A stretch of DNA of 64,000 nucleotides from Phaeosaccion multiseriatum (Eukaryota > Protista > Ochrophyta, other classes), in NCBI GenBank assembly GCA_965112735.1, contig OZ218956.1:434001-498000 (forward strand), read 5' to 3'. Within the stretch, counting starts at the first letter, position 1, and the number at the start of each line of letters is the position of its first letter. The notes under the pieces are model-generated. The model was not told the DNA's origin. It saw nothing but the letters and a program-made list of their open reading frames with translations, and made no database searches. This document shows positions 47,698 through 59,480 of this stretch, piece by piece. The translations under genes and the position numbers were made by a program.

Positions 47698-47870
47698 CTA
47701 GTGCGGCTGCTGTGGAGGACAAAGCAGAAGACGGAGCGCCCGCTGTTGGCGATGAGGATGCTGGTGGTGGTGGTGGTGCTGCTGCTGACGATAGCGGGCC
47801 CAGCAGCGGAGGTGCTGGGGGGGGCGGTGCTGGCCCTACAGGGGAAGCGACCAATGGTCTCACGGCCTGA
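46008..47870 (+). pseudogene. Inverted, internally deleted duplicate of copy A (copy B)
   Basis: Near-identical to the reverse complement of copy A over ~46320-47295. The GxGxxG motif is lost, there is a ~545-nt deletion at ~46190 with GGGT microhomology, a smaller deletion at ~46266, a +1 T frameshift at ~46450 and a premature TGA at 46200-46202. Confidence 0.8.
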
Positions 47871-48085
47871 CTTGACTCAGCGATGGGGATGACTGAATCT
47901 ACACCTATCGTAATATTATGTAGCCAGTATGTATATACCTTTGGTACTAAAAATTATAAAAATAAAGAACTTCGCGAATCGACCCAAGCAGCAGGCATCA
48001 GCAGGCTTACATGAAAGCCCAAGCTGCCAGCAAGCCTGCCGGCCAGATCCCAAGATCCGATGGGCTGGAAGGTTGACAGGCTCGA

Positions 48086-48485
48086 TCAGACAACGGGCAG
48101 CCTAGTCTCGACGTATGGCTCCAGCTCTGCGGCTGGCGGGCCAGCGAGTCCGCCCCCCTTGGGTGGACCTACCCCCTTCTCCCGCATTGCCTCGAAGAGC
48201 TTGTTGTTATACGCCACCACGTCCAGGACTGAGTCGAAGCACACCGAGCTTCCAATCCAGAACGTGCTACGGTTTTGGACGTGGACGTGGACGTGGGCGT
48301 GTGCGTGTGCGTGTGCGTTGGCGTGGGCGTGCGCGTGAGTGGCAAATGCAAGTTGTTGTGGAGATTGAGGGGAGGGAGGGGCGAGGCCGGGGTAGAGGGA
48401 AGCAGGCGGTCAGTCAGGGGGGCAAAGCACAGCTGAGCAAAGAGGGAGAACAAAGCGGGGAGTCGTGCCCGCAAGCACACACCCG

Positions 48486-48562
<77 letters not shown>

Positions 48563-51500
48563 ACACACACATCAGGCGCGATAGAGAGCTGCAGGCAGGG
48601 CAAGCGACTGTGACGCCTCTCGCTCTCTCTCCTTCTCTCTATACTTCTGTCTCCCTCCCTCTCTCTCTCTCTCTCCCTCTCTCCCCCTCTCCTTCCCTCT
48701 CCCCTCCGATCTCCATCTGATGAGGGCCCATTCATTGACTTACTCATTCTTGCCCTGCATGGCGAGGATGTTCCACACATTGAGGTCCTGCAGCGCCCCC
48801 TGTGTGAAGATGGGCATGTGCGGCCACGGCTTTTGGAGGAGCACCTTCTCGCCAGCAGGGAGGGAAGGCAAGGATTGCATAGGTCAGGGGCAGGGGCGAG
48901 CAACGAGAGGGGCGCTCTGGGGGGAGAATGCCTCCCTCCCCTGCGGGTGACTGACATCCACTGCCATCTTCGCTGGCTTGCGACACACAACAACAAAAAC
49001 ACGTGTGCCATCTCCCACCCCCACCATCCATTGGCTGCCATCCCCCACCCCCACCCCCACCCCCACCCACCTTGACGTCTCCCTCGCCGACTTGGTCTAA
49101 ATCCTTGAGGAGCTGCTTCTGCAGGGCGTCAGGATCGTCCGTCTTGAGGGGCCGCTTCAGGTACTGGTACGCCACTCGCTGCTCACGGGCAGGGGGGGTC
49201 GAGTCTGTGGGGTTGAGGGCCAGCCTGGAGTTACGGTGCGCGTACATCCTTCCCTCCACGCCGAAACCGTCACGCTCCTCACTGGGACGCATTCTGCCCA
49301 GCCACAGCTCCAGCGCCTGGGGGGGATGGCAGTGGATGGTAGTGAGAGAGATGGCGGGGTGGGTGAGGGCGAGACCGTGCCTGCATGCACAACGACAGAG
49401 AGAAAGAGGAAGAGAGAGGAAGAGAGACAGATAAAGGGAGAAAGAGAGAGAGGGAGAGATCGAGCCAGAGGGACAAAGAGAGAGGGAAAGATGGAGAGAG
49501 AGAGGAAGAAAGAGAGAAAGAGAGAGAGGGAGAGAGGGAGGGGGAGGAGACTACTCACGTGCTCTTTGTCCATGGGGTTTGCCTCGTACAAGGTGGTGGC
49601 CAGAACACCCGGAGCGTAGCCCGAGAAGACGTCCCTAGAGGAGGGGAGGGGAGGCGAGGGGAGGGGAGTGGAGGGGGTGTGGAGGAGGTGGGTGGTCAGT
49701 GGAGTCAAGTGGTTGGTGGGCAGTGGAGGGTCATGCTTAGAGTCAGGGGATTGGGGCTGCGTAAGGAGGGGAGGGAAGGGGAGTGGGTAGGTTGGGAGGG
49801 TAAGCAGTGCCAGGCATGAGGACGAGGGACTTTGCCCTGTGGGGCACGCATGGGGGTGAGTGAAACTTGCGCCCCCCTTGCCGGTGAGGGTCGGTGAGGC
49901 AGAAAGGAGGCAGTGACAGTTACACATCAATTTGGAGGTGAAGGTGAGGTCAGGTGAGGCATAGCATGGGGGTGAGTGAGTGAGTGAGTGAGACACTTAC
50001 GTCTCCTTGGAGGTGAGGTCGTGGACGAGGTGCTTGCAGCGCGACATGTCAAGGGCCATGACGATCTTGCTGCACGAGATTTTCACCACTGCATCGTTCT
50101 TCACGTATGTCACCTGCAGGGGAGGAGGAGAGGGGAGGAGTGGGGTAGCGGTAGTGTGGGAGTAAAGAGGGCAGCGGGGGTCAAGGGGAGGAGTAAGTAA
50201 GCCAGTTGGGGGGCGAAGGAGTGGTGTTGTGGGGGAGTGTAGGGGACGAGTGAGAGAGAAGTGTAGCGGAAAGAGTAGGTAGGGCAGTGGGAGGGGGGGA
50301 GGAGTGGGGGAGGAGACGGTGCAGGGTAGGGGGGGGGGAGGAGAGGAGTATGTTGTGCAGCAGCAGCGCAGCAACAGCGCAGCATCAGCACCAGTTCTTG
50401 ATACAGCAATCTGAGTTTCGGTTCATGGTTCGAAGGAGAGGAATGGCAAGAGTGAGAGCAAGAGCACACCCTACGGGAGCAGCCCTCATCCAACAGCCGA
50501 CCAGCCGACCAACCAGAGAGCCCACCTATGAACCAAACGACCAACCAACCAATCAGCCAACTAAACAACTAACCAACCAACCAATCAGCCCACTAAACAA
50601 CTAACCAGCAACCGATGAACCGACCGACCAACAAAACCAACCAACTAACCAACCACCCGACGGACCGACCGATCAACTTACCAACCAACCAACCAACCAA
50701 CCAACCAACCAACCAACCAACCAACCAACCAACCAACCAACTAACCAACCACCCGACTGACCGACCGATCAACTTACCAACCAACCAACCAACCAACCAA
50801 CCAACCAACCAACCAACCAACCAACCAACCAACCAACCACTCAAACAACCAACCAACCACACACACCTCCGGCTTCTTACTGCTCATCCTGCTCATATGC
50901 CTGTCCACTTTAGACACGACGGCCCCTGTGACGACATTGAACTTGGAGCCGCTCTTCTCCTGCTGAGCGATGACCATGTTCTGCGGGAGATGGGAGGGGG
51001 AGGGAGGAGAGGGGAGGGCGAGGGGAGTAAAGGGAGGCGAGGTGTAGGGGGACGGGGGGGGGTAAGGAGAGGGGAGAGGGAGGGAAGGGGGGGGGGCAGC
51101 ATATACACGAGGAGAAGCGGGGAGGAGAAGCGAGAGTACGTCGCGACCGCAAAGGAGCGCCCCTGATGAGCTGACGGATCTGACTGATCTGACTGATCCT
51201 GACTGATCTGACTGATCTGACTGATCTGACTGATCTGACTGATCTGACTGAGCTGACTGATCTGACTGATCTGACTGATCTGACTGATCTGACTGATCTG
51301 ACTGATCTGACTGAGCTGACTGATCTGACTGATCTGACTGATCTGACTGATCTGACTGAGCTGACTGATCTGACTGATCTGACTGATCTGACTGATCTGA
51401 CTGATCCTGACTGATCTGACTGATCTGACTGATCTGACTGATCTGACTGATCTGACTGAGCTGACTGATCTGACTGATCTGACTGAGCTGACTGATCTGA

Positions 51501-51777
51501 CTGATCTGACTGAGCTGACTGATCCTGACTGATCCTGTTATACATGTCTCTGATGAGCTGATTGATCTGACTGATCTGACTGATCTGACTGATCTGACTG
51601 ATCTGACTGATCTGACTGATCTGACTGATCTGACTGATCCTGTTATACATGTCTCTCTGTCTCTCTGTCTCTGATGAGCTGACTGATCTGCCTGTCTCTC
51701 TGTCTGTCTGTGTGTCGCTGATAAATGTCTGTCTGTCTATCTGCCCCTGATGAGCTGACTGATCTGTCTGTCTACCG

Positions 51778-51826
<49 letters not shown>

Positions 51827-54307
51827 CTGTCTGTCCCTCTGTCTTCCCCGAATTTGCCTCTGATGAGCTGCTGATATCTGTCTGTCTGACCGACGTGAGA
51901 ATGAACTCTTTGCAATAGGCGTAGGCTACGTATCCTCAATTGGTGAGAAACCCGACAATCACGCGGAGACATCAGAGCTGTAGTGAGCCCCTCCTATTGT
52001 CCGCATACAACACCCTAATCCATACACCCATGCACTCATTGACTTACCCTCCACAGACTTTGGTACCCCTTGCTCAGCATGGTGAGGCCGCTGTCCCCTG
52101 CAATGACCTGCTCCACCACTCCGCTCAGCAGGTCGGGGTGTGTGAACCACAGCATGTAAAGGGCGGGCATATCCTCCAGCACTCCGTACCCTGTCGCTTG
52201 CTGCACGTATCTGGGCAGGCCCTCAGACAGAACAGACAGGTCACACAGACGATCAAGTCGAGTAGTGGAAGAGTGCAAGCGAGGAAGGAAGGAAGGAAGG
52301 AAGGACGGAGGTTTGAAGGAGGAGCGAACACGAGTCAGTGGTCAGGGGGGCGTGTGAATGCCTCCCTCACCCGAGGTGCTTCACCACACGCACACACACG
52401 CACGCACACATACGTAAATACATACATACATACATACATACATACATACATACATACATACATACATACATACATACATACATGCATACATACATATGTG
52501 CACGCTTCTTCCTCATTTAAAGTTGATAGGTAGGGGCAGGGTCTAAAAAACTGGAGCTGGAACTGCACACAGAAACTGAAACTGAACCTCCACCTGAGGC
52601 AAGCACTCATCCACCCACCCCGGCCACCCTCTCCCTACCACCCACCCAATCACACCCAATCACACCCAATCACACCCAATCACACGCAAGCACACCCACC
52701 CACCTGATGATGCCCTCAAGCTCCAGGAGTTCGTTTTTCTCCAGCCACTCAAAGGCGGTCATGTCGAGGCGGCGCCAGTACTTAGGCTTGGGTGGTACTC
52801 CGTACAGGTGGTACTCACCTGGGAAGGGGAGGGGGAGGGGGAGGGAGGGAGGGAGGGAGAGGAAGGAGATTTTGTTGAGAGCAGGACGCGAGAGTGCGAA
52901 AACACACACATACACACCCACACATACATACAAAACACACAAAACACACACACATCCCCCCGCGGGGGGGGAGGGGGGGCAACCAACCAATCCATCAATG
53001 CCATGACAAATCGGAATCCCACAGAGTTTCCTCACCGAATTGGGTGATGTGCAGGCGACGGTACTGCACAGCCAGAGGGAGAGAGAAAGGAGGCAGTAGA
53101 GGAATATGGGGAGGGAGGGAGGGAGGGAGGGAAGTGAGAGGGAGTGTGATTAAGTACACCTTGTGACGTCCGACGTCCACCCGTGTAAGCGCCAGTTAAT
53201 CCAACCTCAACCTCCTCCTCCTCCTCCTCCTCCTCCTCCTCCTCCTCCTCCTCCTCCTCCTCCTCCTCCTCCTCCCCCTCCTCTTCCTCATACTCCTCTC
53301 ACAGGAAAGACAAGAGACAAAGGGTAGAGGCGGACGCAGACCCACGCCACCTCTCAGCGAGAGGGAGACTGGCGGGCAGCTCTTGCGAGAATACAATGCA
53401 ATTCAAGCACCGCTACGATCGACAGGAAGATTCGAGACGCCTCTGTCTGTCTCAACAGCTCATCGCGGACTCGCGCGCGCACCCACAGCCACGCCCACCC
53501 ACCGTCGCCATGGCCGATTTTGTTCTGCCGCAGAGCAAAAAGTCCGGGCAGCAGCAGCCGAAGCAGTGGCTGGGGACTTTGGCTGCTTCCTCGGCCCGAG
53601 CTACGACCCAGTCTCCAAACTCTTTGCCCTACCACAGGCAGACAGCAAGCAGAGGGCAGGTGAGTGAAGCAATTGAGGGAAGCGAGGGGAGTGGATAGAG
53701 GGGGGTTGGGGAATGGGTAACGGGTAACAGCATGTATTTCCTTCCTCACTCCTCTTGCGTGGGTGCGTGCGTGTGTTCCTCACCCGGCAAAAGTTCTCGG
53801 TGGAGCTTCCCTTGAGGTCTGCCCCGAACACCTGAAGATAATGGTGGAATGCAGTGGATGGGAAAATGAGCGCAAAGGAAGGTGCGTGTTTCTGAACCCC
53901 CAAGCAAGAGACTCAAGTACCGAAAGCTCCCTCCAGGGCGCTACAAGCAAGAAGCAAGCAAAAAACGGCGCTAAACTGGTTATATAGAAAAGAGCGCAAC
54001 TTGCCTTCCTGACTCCTCCTCCCCCGAGCGGCAACTCTTGGTTATCTGGGTCGTACTTGGCCAGGAGTTCTCGCACAGGACCGTAGAGCTTGTGGAGGTA
54101 GCAGGCGCCCATCTCATGGACAGTGCCGTGCGGATTCTCCAAGGATAGGGATTTACCCCCTACCATTTCCTCAGCCTCAAGGAGGGTCACCTTCTTGAGA
54201 CCCAGCTGGGCGAGTAAGACAGCCATATGGCACCCCGCTGGCCCACCGCCCACCACGACCACTTCCTCTTCCTCCTCCATATAGCATTGGCTGCTGGAAG
54301 AACCCAT
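48086..54307 (-). CDS. PAI-like FAD oxidoreductase, copy C, intron-rich paralog (~12 exons)
   Basis: [90 protein letters not shown]. Collinear with copy A. Confidence 0.82.
51163..51645. repeat. 9-bp minisatellite (GACTGATCT)n with GACTGAGCT variants, intronic
   Basis: About 50 units in an intron of PAI-like copy C. Confidence 0.9.
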
Positions 54308-54819
54308 CTGTTTGCCTTCTTCTGTGAGAATGGGGGGAAGGAGAGCGTATCGGCAACGGGGCAGGGGAAGTATTCCGAGAAAAATATTGAGCGGCGAGCA
54401 AGAAGGAGGGACGGAGACGAGGAGGCTGCGGAGAGGAAACTTGTGCCGAGGCAATACCCCCCTCAGTTCCTCCCCCCAATCGAAGAAGACCACTTCGTCT
54501 CGAGCTCTCCCACTCGCAAGTCACTCACCAGCTACTCTCCTAGTGTCAGGGAAGCTCTTGTGTTGCAAGGACAAGGTGTGAGCACAGAGATATTAGAGAG
54601 CGAGAGAGAGAGAGGAAGAATGGCTGGGAAAAAAATCCACAAATCTTGCGAGTAAGTCAATGATCCGACGGCGGGCCCTTCGGTTTCGATTTTTCTGTTT
54701 TTTTCATCTGCTCTTGCCTTGCGCCCACCACACACCAGTGCTGTGCCTCAAACGCACCTTTAAGGCAACCCCTGTTTCTCTTTTCTATTGGGTCAGGAGT
54801 GGGGGTGGAGGGGGAGGCC

Positions 54820-57800
54820 ATGGCTTTCTCTTTTCGTGCTTCCTTTCTTTCCCTCATCCTCACCCTCCTCCTCGTCCTCCTCCTCCCCCACAATGTCTCC
54901 TCCACCATCTCGCCTCCCACGATAAGCGTGACTTCGCTAACTCCGCTGGAATCCATCGTTGCAGCCTACGACTTTGATACGAGTACGAGCAGCAGCAGCA
55001 GCAAGTGGCAAATTGTTGCGGGCCCCCAACTCTTTGAGAGCACAGGCGCAGGCTTTGAGGAGGTTGCGGGAAGCCTCCCCCATCACCCGACGGTGCTCCA
55101 TCTCACCCCCAAGAATAGTAACGCGACTGCATCCCAGAAATTCGACGGCGCGTACCTGGAGCTGGAGGAGAGCGGCTCGACGCTCACCCCCAACCTGGTG
55201 GAGTGGAGCGCCCTCGCCAGCTCCAACTCCTCTAACAGCGGCCTCATCCGAGTCGGCATTAGCTCCACGAGCACCACCTCCGCCCTCTTCCAGGTAGGAG
55301 CATGCGTGTGCGCGAGGACTTCGTGGCAAGCTGGCAAGCTAAGCTCCACCCTCTTTCCTTGCCTTCGCCTCTCCCCCGCCCCGTCCCTCCCTCCCTCTTT
55401 CTCCCTCTTTAAGGTTCGGTTTGGAGAGAGCGGCTACATCCAGTTCGACGACGGCAGTGGCGAGTACTTTCTGGACGTGTCGCCCTACTCCTCTGACACG
55501 TGGTACGCCTTCCGAGCACACGTGGACTACAGCGGGAGCCTGGCGGTCATCACCCTCCTCGTCGACAGCGGAGACGGGCAGGGTTTCGTCGAGGCCGGTC
55601 AGCAGACCACTCTGGACGACAGTACAAACTTCATCAGCAAGATCGTGCTGTACAACGAGGACCGCTTCGTGGAGAGCTACTTCGATGACCTGACCATGTT
55701 CTACCTCGGCGCGGTGGAGCTGTCCATCGATGCCTCCTCTTCCTCTTTGGGGCTGCTCTACACCACGGGAAACGCCTCATACACGCCCCCCGCTCCGACG
55801 GCGGAGGACTGTCTGGCCGCCTACGAGGCAGGGGCAGGGGTGGGCTCGGTACCGCTGTCGAGCGACACGAGCACCTATGTTCGGGCCATTAGCTGCGACG
55901 GGCATGGCAACTCGAGCGCTGTGGTGGATTCGCAATACTTTGAGATGCGAGCCGAGCTTCCCTTCTTCCAAGTTGTTTCCAGTGTGCAGCCTTCTCTCAT
56001 CGCAGCCACCGCCGCCGCCGCCGCCACCGCCGCCACCTCCAGCAGCAGCGAGGGACAGGTAGACACTTTGACCCTGAGTAGCGACGTCAGCTCGTACAGT
56101 GCCGTCGGCGAGCTCCGACTCGCAGTGGCTGCGGTGGAGCCTGCGTCGGTCGACTTCTTCGGATACAAAGTGCTCTGGAACGGTACGTGTGGAGAGAGTA
56201 TTTTTGGCTCTCCAGCAGGGGAGGGAGGTTGGTGCTGAGTCTCGACAAGGCTTGTGGAGAGCTCACATCACGCGTGTGCGTGCACGTGAAACACAAAACA
56301 AGAGAGTGCTACATGGAACAACAGTCCTCGCTCAGAACGGACGGACCCACAACCCGCACGCGCACTCACTCACGCACTTGTACTCGCATGCAAACGCCCT
56401 CCCATCCCCCCCCCCCTTCCTCTCCCTCTCCCTCTCCCTTCTCCCCCCCCTGTGTCCCGGCAGGCGTTGCCACAAGCGATGATACACCGGACTGCGAAGG
56501 AGCCACTCTACAGCAAGGGGAGACGCTCACCCTCACAGCAAGCGCGAGGGTCGAGGCCGTGGCGTGCCGGAGGGGCGTGCAGCTAAGTCAAGTGGCCACC
56601 TCGCCCTTCCTGGGGGTAGCTCTGCTGCCACCGGTCCTCTCCGCCGCCGAGAGCCTCTTCTACACGGGAGGGGTGGAGGTGGGCGTACGAGTGCAGGACG
56701 AGGAGGGGGAGGAGGAGGACGCGACCACGTACATGTACTTCACTCTCGGAGATGGGACGCAGTTGGATCCGACGTGCGGAATGAGCGTAGGTGAGTGAGT
56801 GAGTGGGTGGGTGAGTGGGGAGGGCGGGGAAAGCGCCCTTTTCTGTAGGGTAGGTGCGCTCTGGACGGATCTCGGCCGTTCCAGCCACAGCCACAGCCAT
56901 GCTCTGTGCAGAGGTACACATGTTCTGTGGCTGCTTACACTCTTTCACGTTTAGACTCTTTCGCGTTTGTGCTCTTTGACCCAGCCCCCCTCCCGTCCGT
57001 TCGTCGGTCCGTCCGTCCGTCCGTCCGTCCGTCCGTCCGTCCGTCCCTCCCTCCCTCCCTCCCTCCCTCCCTCCCTCCCTCCCTCCCTCCCTCCCTCCCT
57101 CCCTCCCTCCCTCCCTCCCTCCCTCCCTCCCTCCCTCCCTCCCTCCCTCCCTCCCTCCCTCCCTCCCTCCCTCCCTCCCTCCCTCCCTCCCTCCCTCCCT
57201 CCCTCCCTCCCTCCCTCCCTCTCCATCTCCCTCTCCCTCCCCTATTGCACAACACCCCCCCACACACAGGGTACGACACCACGCCCAAGAGCGGCGTGTT
57301 GGACAGTCCCTCTGCATCTGTGACTCTGCAGAGTGGCAACACTGCCATCAAGGTGTGTGTGTGTGAGTGTCGTGAAAGGTCTTCCAAGTTGTTGAAGGGA
57401 GCTTGTCTGAGTGTGTCGCCAAGGGTGGAGGGTGGCCACCACACCACCCGCGGGCTTCGAGCGCATGGGCAATGTCCTATACGTCGAGCCCCCCCGTACT
57501 GAATGCCTGAGCTCCCCCACATCGTCCTATCGACATCGAATATCGACCTCCCTGACCCGTACACGTCCAACATGAAACACTGAAATGCCCAGGTGGTGGC
57601 CTGTCGAGCGGGCAACGAAGCAAGCGCTGTGGCCGCTCGAAGCTTCCGAGTAATGTCCCCAGTCTACCTTGCCGGCATTGTGCTGGGGCTCGTCGCGGTC
57701 TCCGGGGTGGGATTGTTCCTCGGCTGTATGGCGGTGCGGGGCTGCCTCTGTCCTCCCAAGGGCGGGGTGAAGAAGCCCCTCTTCCGCAGGAGGAAGGGGC

Positions 57801-57829
57801 CCAACTATGTGCCGGTGAAAGGCATGTAA
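54820..57829 (+). CDS. Secreted/type I membrane protein with a beta-sandwich region and chitobiase/beta-hexosaminidase C-terminal (Fn3-associated)-like repeats
   Basis: Hydrophobic N-terminal signal. Repeats LLYTTG..P....VRAISC, TLTASARVEAVACR...S.VA, MYFTLGDGT.DPT...TAIK|VVACRAGNEASAVAARSF. C-terminal TM (LAGIVLGLVAVSGVGLFLGCMAV) and basic tail. Confidence 0.6.
57005..57225. repeat. (GTCC)n-(CCCT)n intronic microsatellite
   Basis: Directly visible. Confidence 0.9.
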
Positions 57830-57969
57830 GTGTTACTAAACGGACTATAGCTGTTGTCTAGGTGTTGACTAGGTGTTGACTGGGTGTTGTCTAGGTGGTG
57901 GTGGCGGTGGTGGTGGTGATGATGATGATGGTGGTGGTACTGACATGTACGCACCTACCCACACGCTTC

Positions 57970-58006
<37 letters not shown>

Positions 58007-59480
58007 GGGCTGAGGGGTTGGAGATGAAAGCCCCCCGACGAGGAGGAGGAGGACTTCGGTACCACCGCTCGCCTGTCCTGACACCCCCTCCTCTCCGTCC
58101 TGACACCCCCTCCCTCTCTGACCTGTCAACCCCCCCCTCTTTGGCGTGCGAAGCCGTGATGAAGCACCTCGCCACTGCAGCAGCGAGCAGATCTGATCAC
58201 CGCCAGATGTGATCAACTAAGTCATCGTACCATCGTTTATCGAGGATAATGGCGGAGTGGCTCCACGTTGGGCGTGGCACGAGAAGGTGGAGGTATTCTG
58301 TGGGCACGTTGTATCACCAACTGCTAGACTGTTGCCACAGTGCTGCCAGACGATGAGACATGAAGAGTGGGCAGAGGCCATCATCGCTGCGAGGGGGGTG
58401 GAGGGCAATGGCGGGAGACTCCACCCAGCGGCACGAGCATCTGCAGCAGCAGGAGTAGAGGAAGACGAGTACAACATGCGTACGCTTGACACAATGCCAC
58501 ACGCAAGAGTAGGAGCGGCGTGCGCTGAGGTGAACCAAGCACCCGCTACATCGCAACAGCCCCCCCCCCCCCCCCCCTTGCGTCTTCAGTCATCTCCAGA
58601 CAAGGGCCTTTGCAGCAACGATTTGATTATGACGTCATCTCCAGGGGGTGGCGGTCTCCAGGGGGGTGTCTCCAGGGGGGCTGTCTCCAGGAGGTGCCGA
58701 TACCCCTCTGTGAATGTCCACCACCCTGCCGCCGTCGGAGAGAGGAACGAGGGTGGGAGGAGGGTCAGGAGGGGCCCTCATGGTGGGAAGAGAGAGAGAG
58801 ACAGAGAGCGGCGACTACCGACTTGACTGGTCCCGACAAAGTCGGACTGAGTTGGCGAGCGACAGAGCCAGCCACTTGTGATGATCCATGGGTGGGTGCA
58901 CTTCGCGTGCGTTTCATGCCCCCCCCTTCCTCCCTCTCTGTCTGCTGAGATTGAGATAAACATGCCGCGGCGGGGGATAGGCAGAGCTATCAGCGCCTCT
59001 GACACGAGCGAGAAGAGGTCTATGCGTCGAGGCCACGGGCGGGACTTCAACCCTCATAGAGACAGAGGGTCCAGGACGGGTTCCGGACCCCGGACCGGTC
59101 CGGTCCAAGAGGCGCCCAGAGGGATCTGGGTATATCGCTATCGGCTGAGGCTGAGACACAAACACACACGCACGCACATACACGTAGATGAGAGAGACAG
59201 AGGGAGAAAGAGAGGAGAAGCACGGAGCCGAGGGTTTTGCCCGTCTTTGGCAGCGAAAATAGTCGAATAACAATATACATGTCAATGTTTTCAACCTCTG
59301 TGTCGAGTGAATAACGTGTTACGAAAGGCTCGTATCCTCCGTCCCCCAACCCCATGCTATCCATATATACAGCACGCCGTCGTATGTACAAATCCCCCCT
59401 ACTTTCCTGTCGAACTCTTGCTTGGGGCCCACCCACCCACCCACCCATTGACTTCCTCACCCACAATCACAACCCCTCTA

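Larger units (their letters stand above)
43762..47876. repeat. Large inverted repeat (arms ~43762-45730 and ~45990-47876, spacer ~260 bp)
   Basis: Arm homology runs from upstream of both ATGs (CCAGCAAGATGGGT) to past both 3' ends (GGCCTGACTTGAC). Confidence 0.85.

Noticed and set aside
43762-47876. Inverted repeat as the terminal inverted repeats of a transposon
   Set aside because: The arms are the oxidoreductase gene itself; no transposase or target-site duplication is visible.
51163-51645. Regular repeat superficially like a CRISPR array
   Set aside because: Head-to-tail 9-mers with no unique spacers, no cas genes, and located in a eukaryotic intron.
51163-51880. Repeated CTGATGAG (hammerhead core / box C-like) within the 9-bp minisatellite
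   Set aside because: There is no downstream stem II + GAAA and no flanking helices, and the motifs are antisense to the host intron. They are best explained as variants of the repeat unit.
58217-59300. ORFs of 90-190 aa between two convergent genes
   Set aside because: No recognisable motifs or convincing exon chain; likely UTR/intergenic, though a small gene cannot be excluded.
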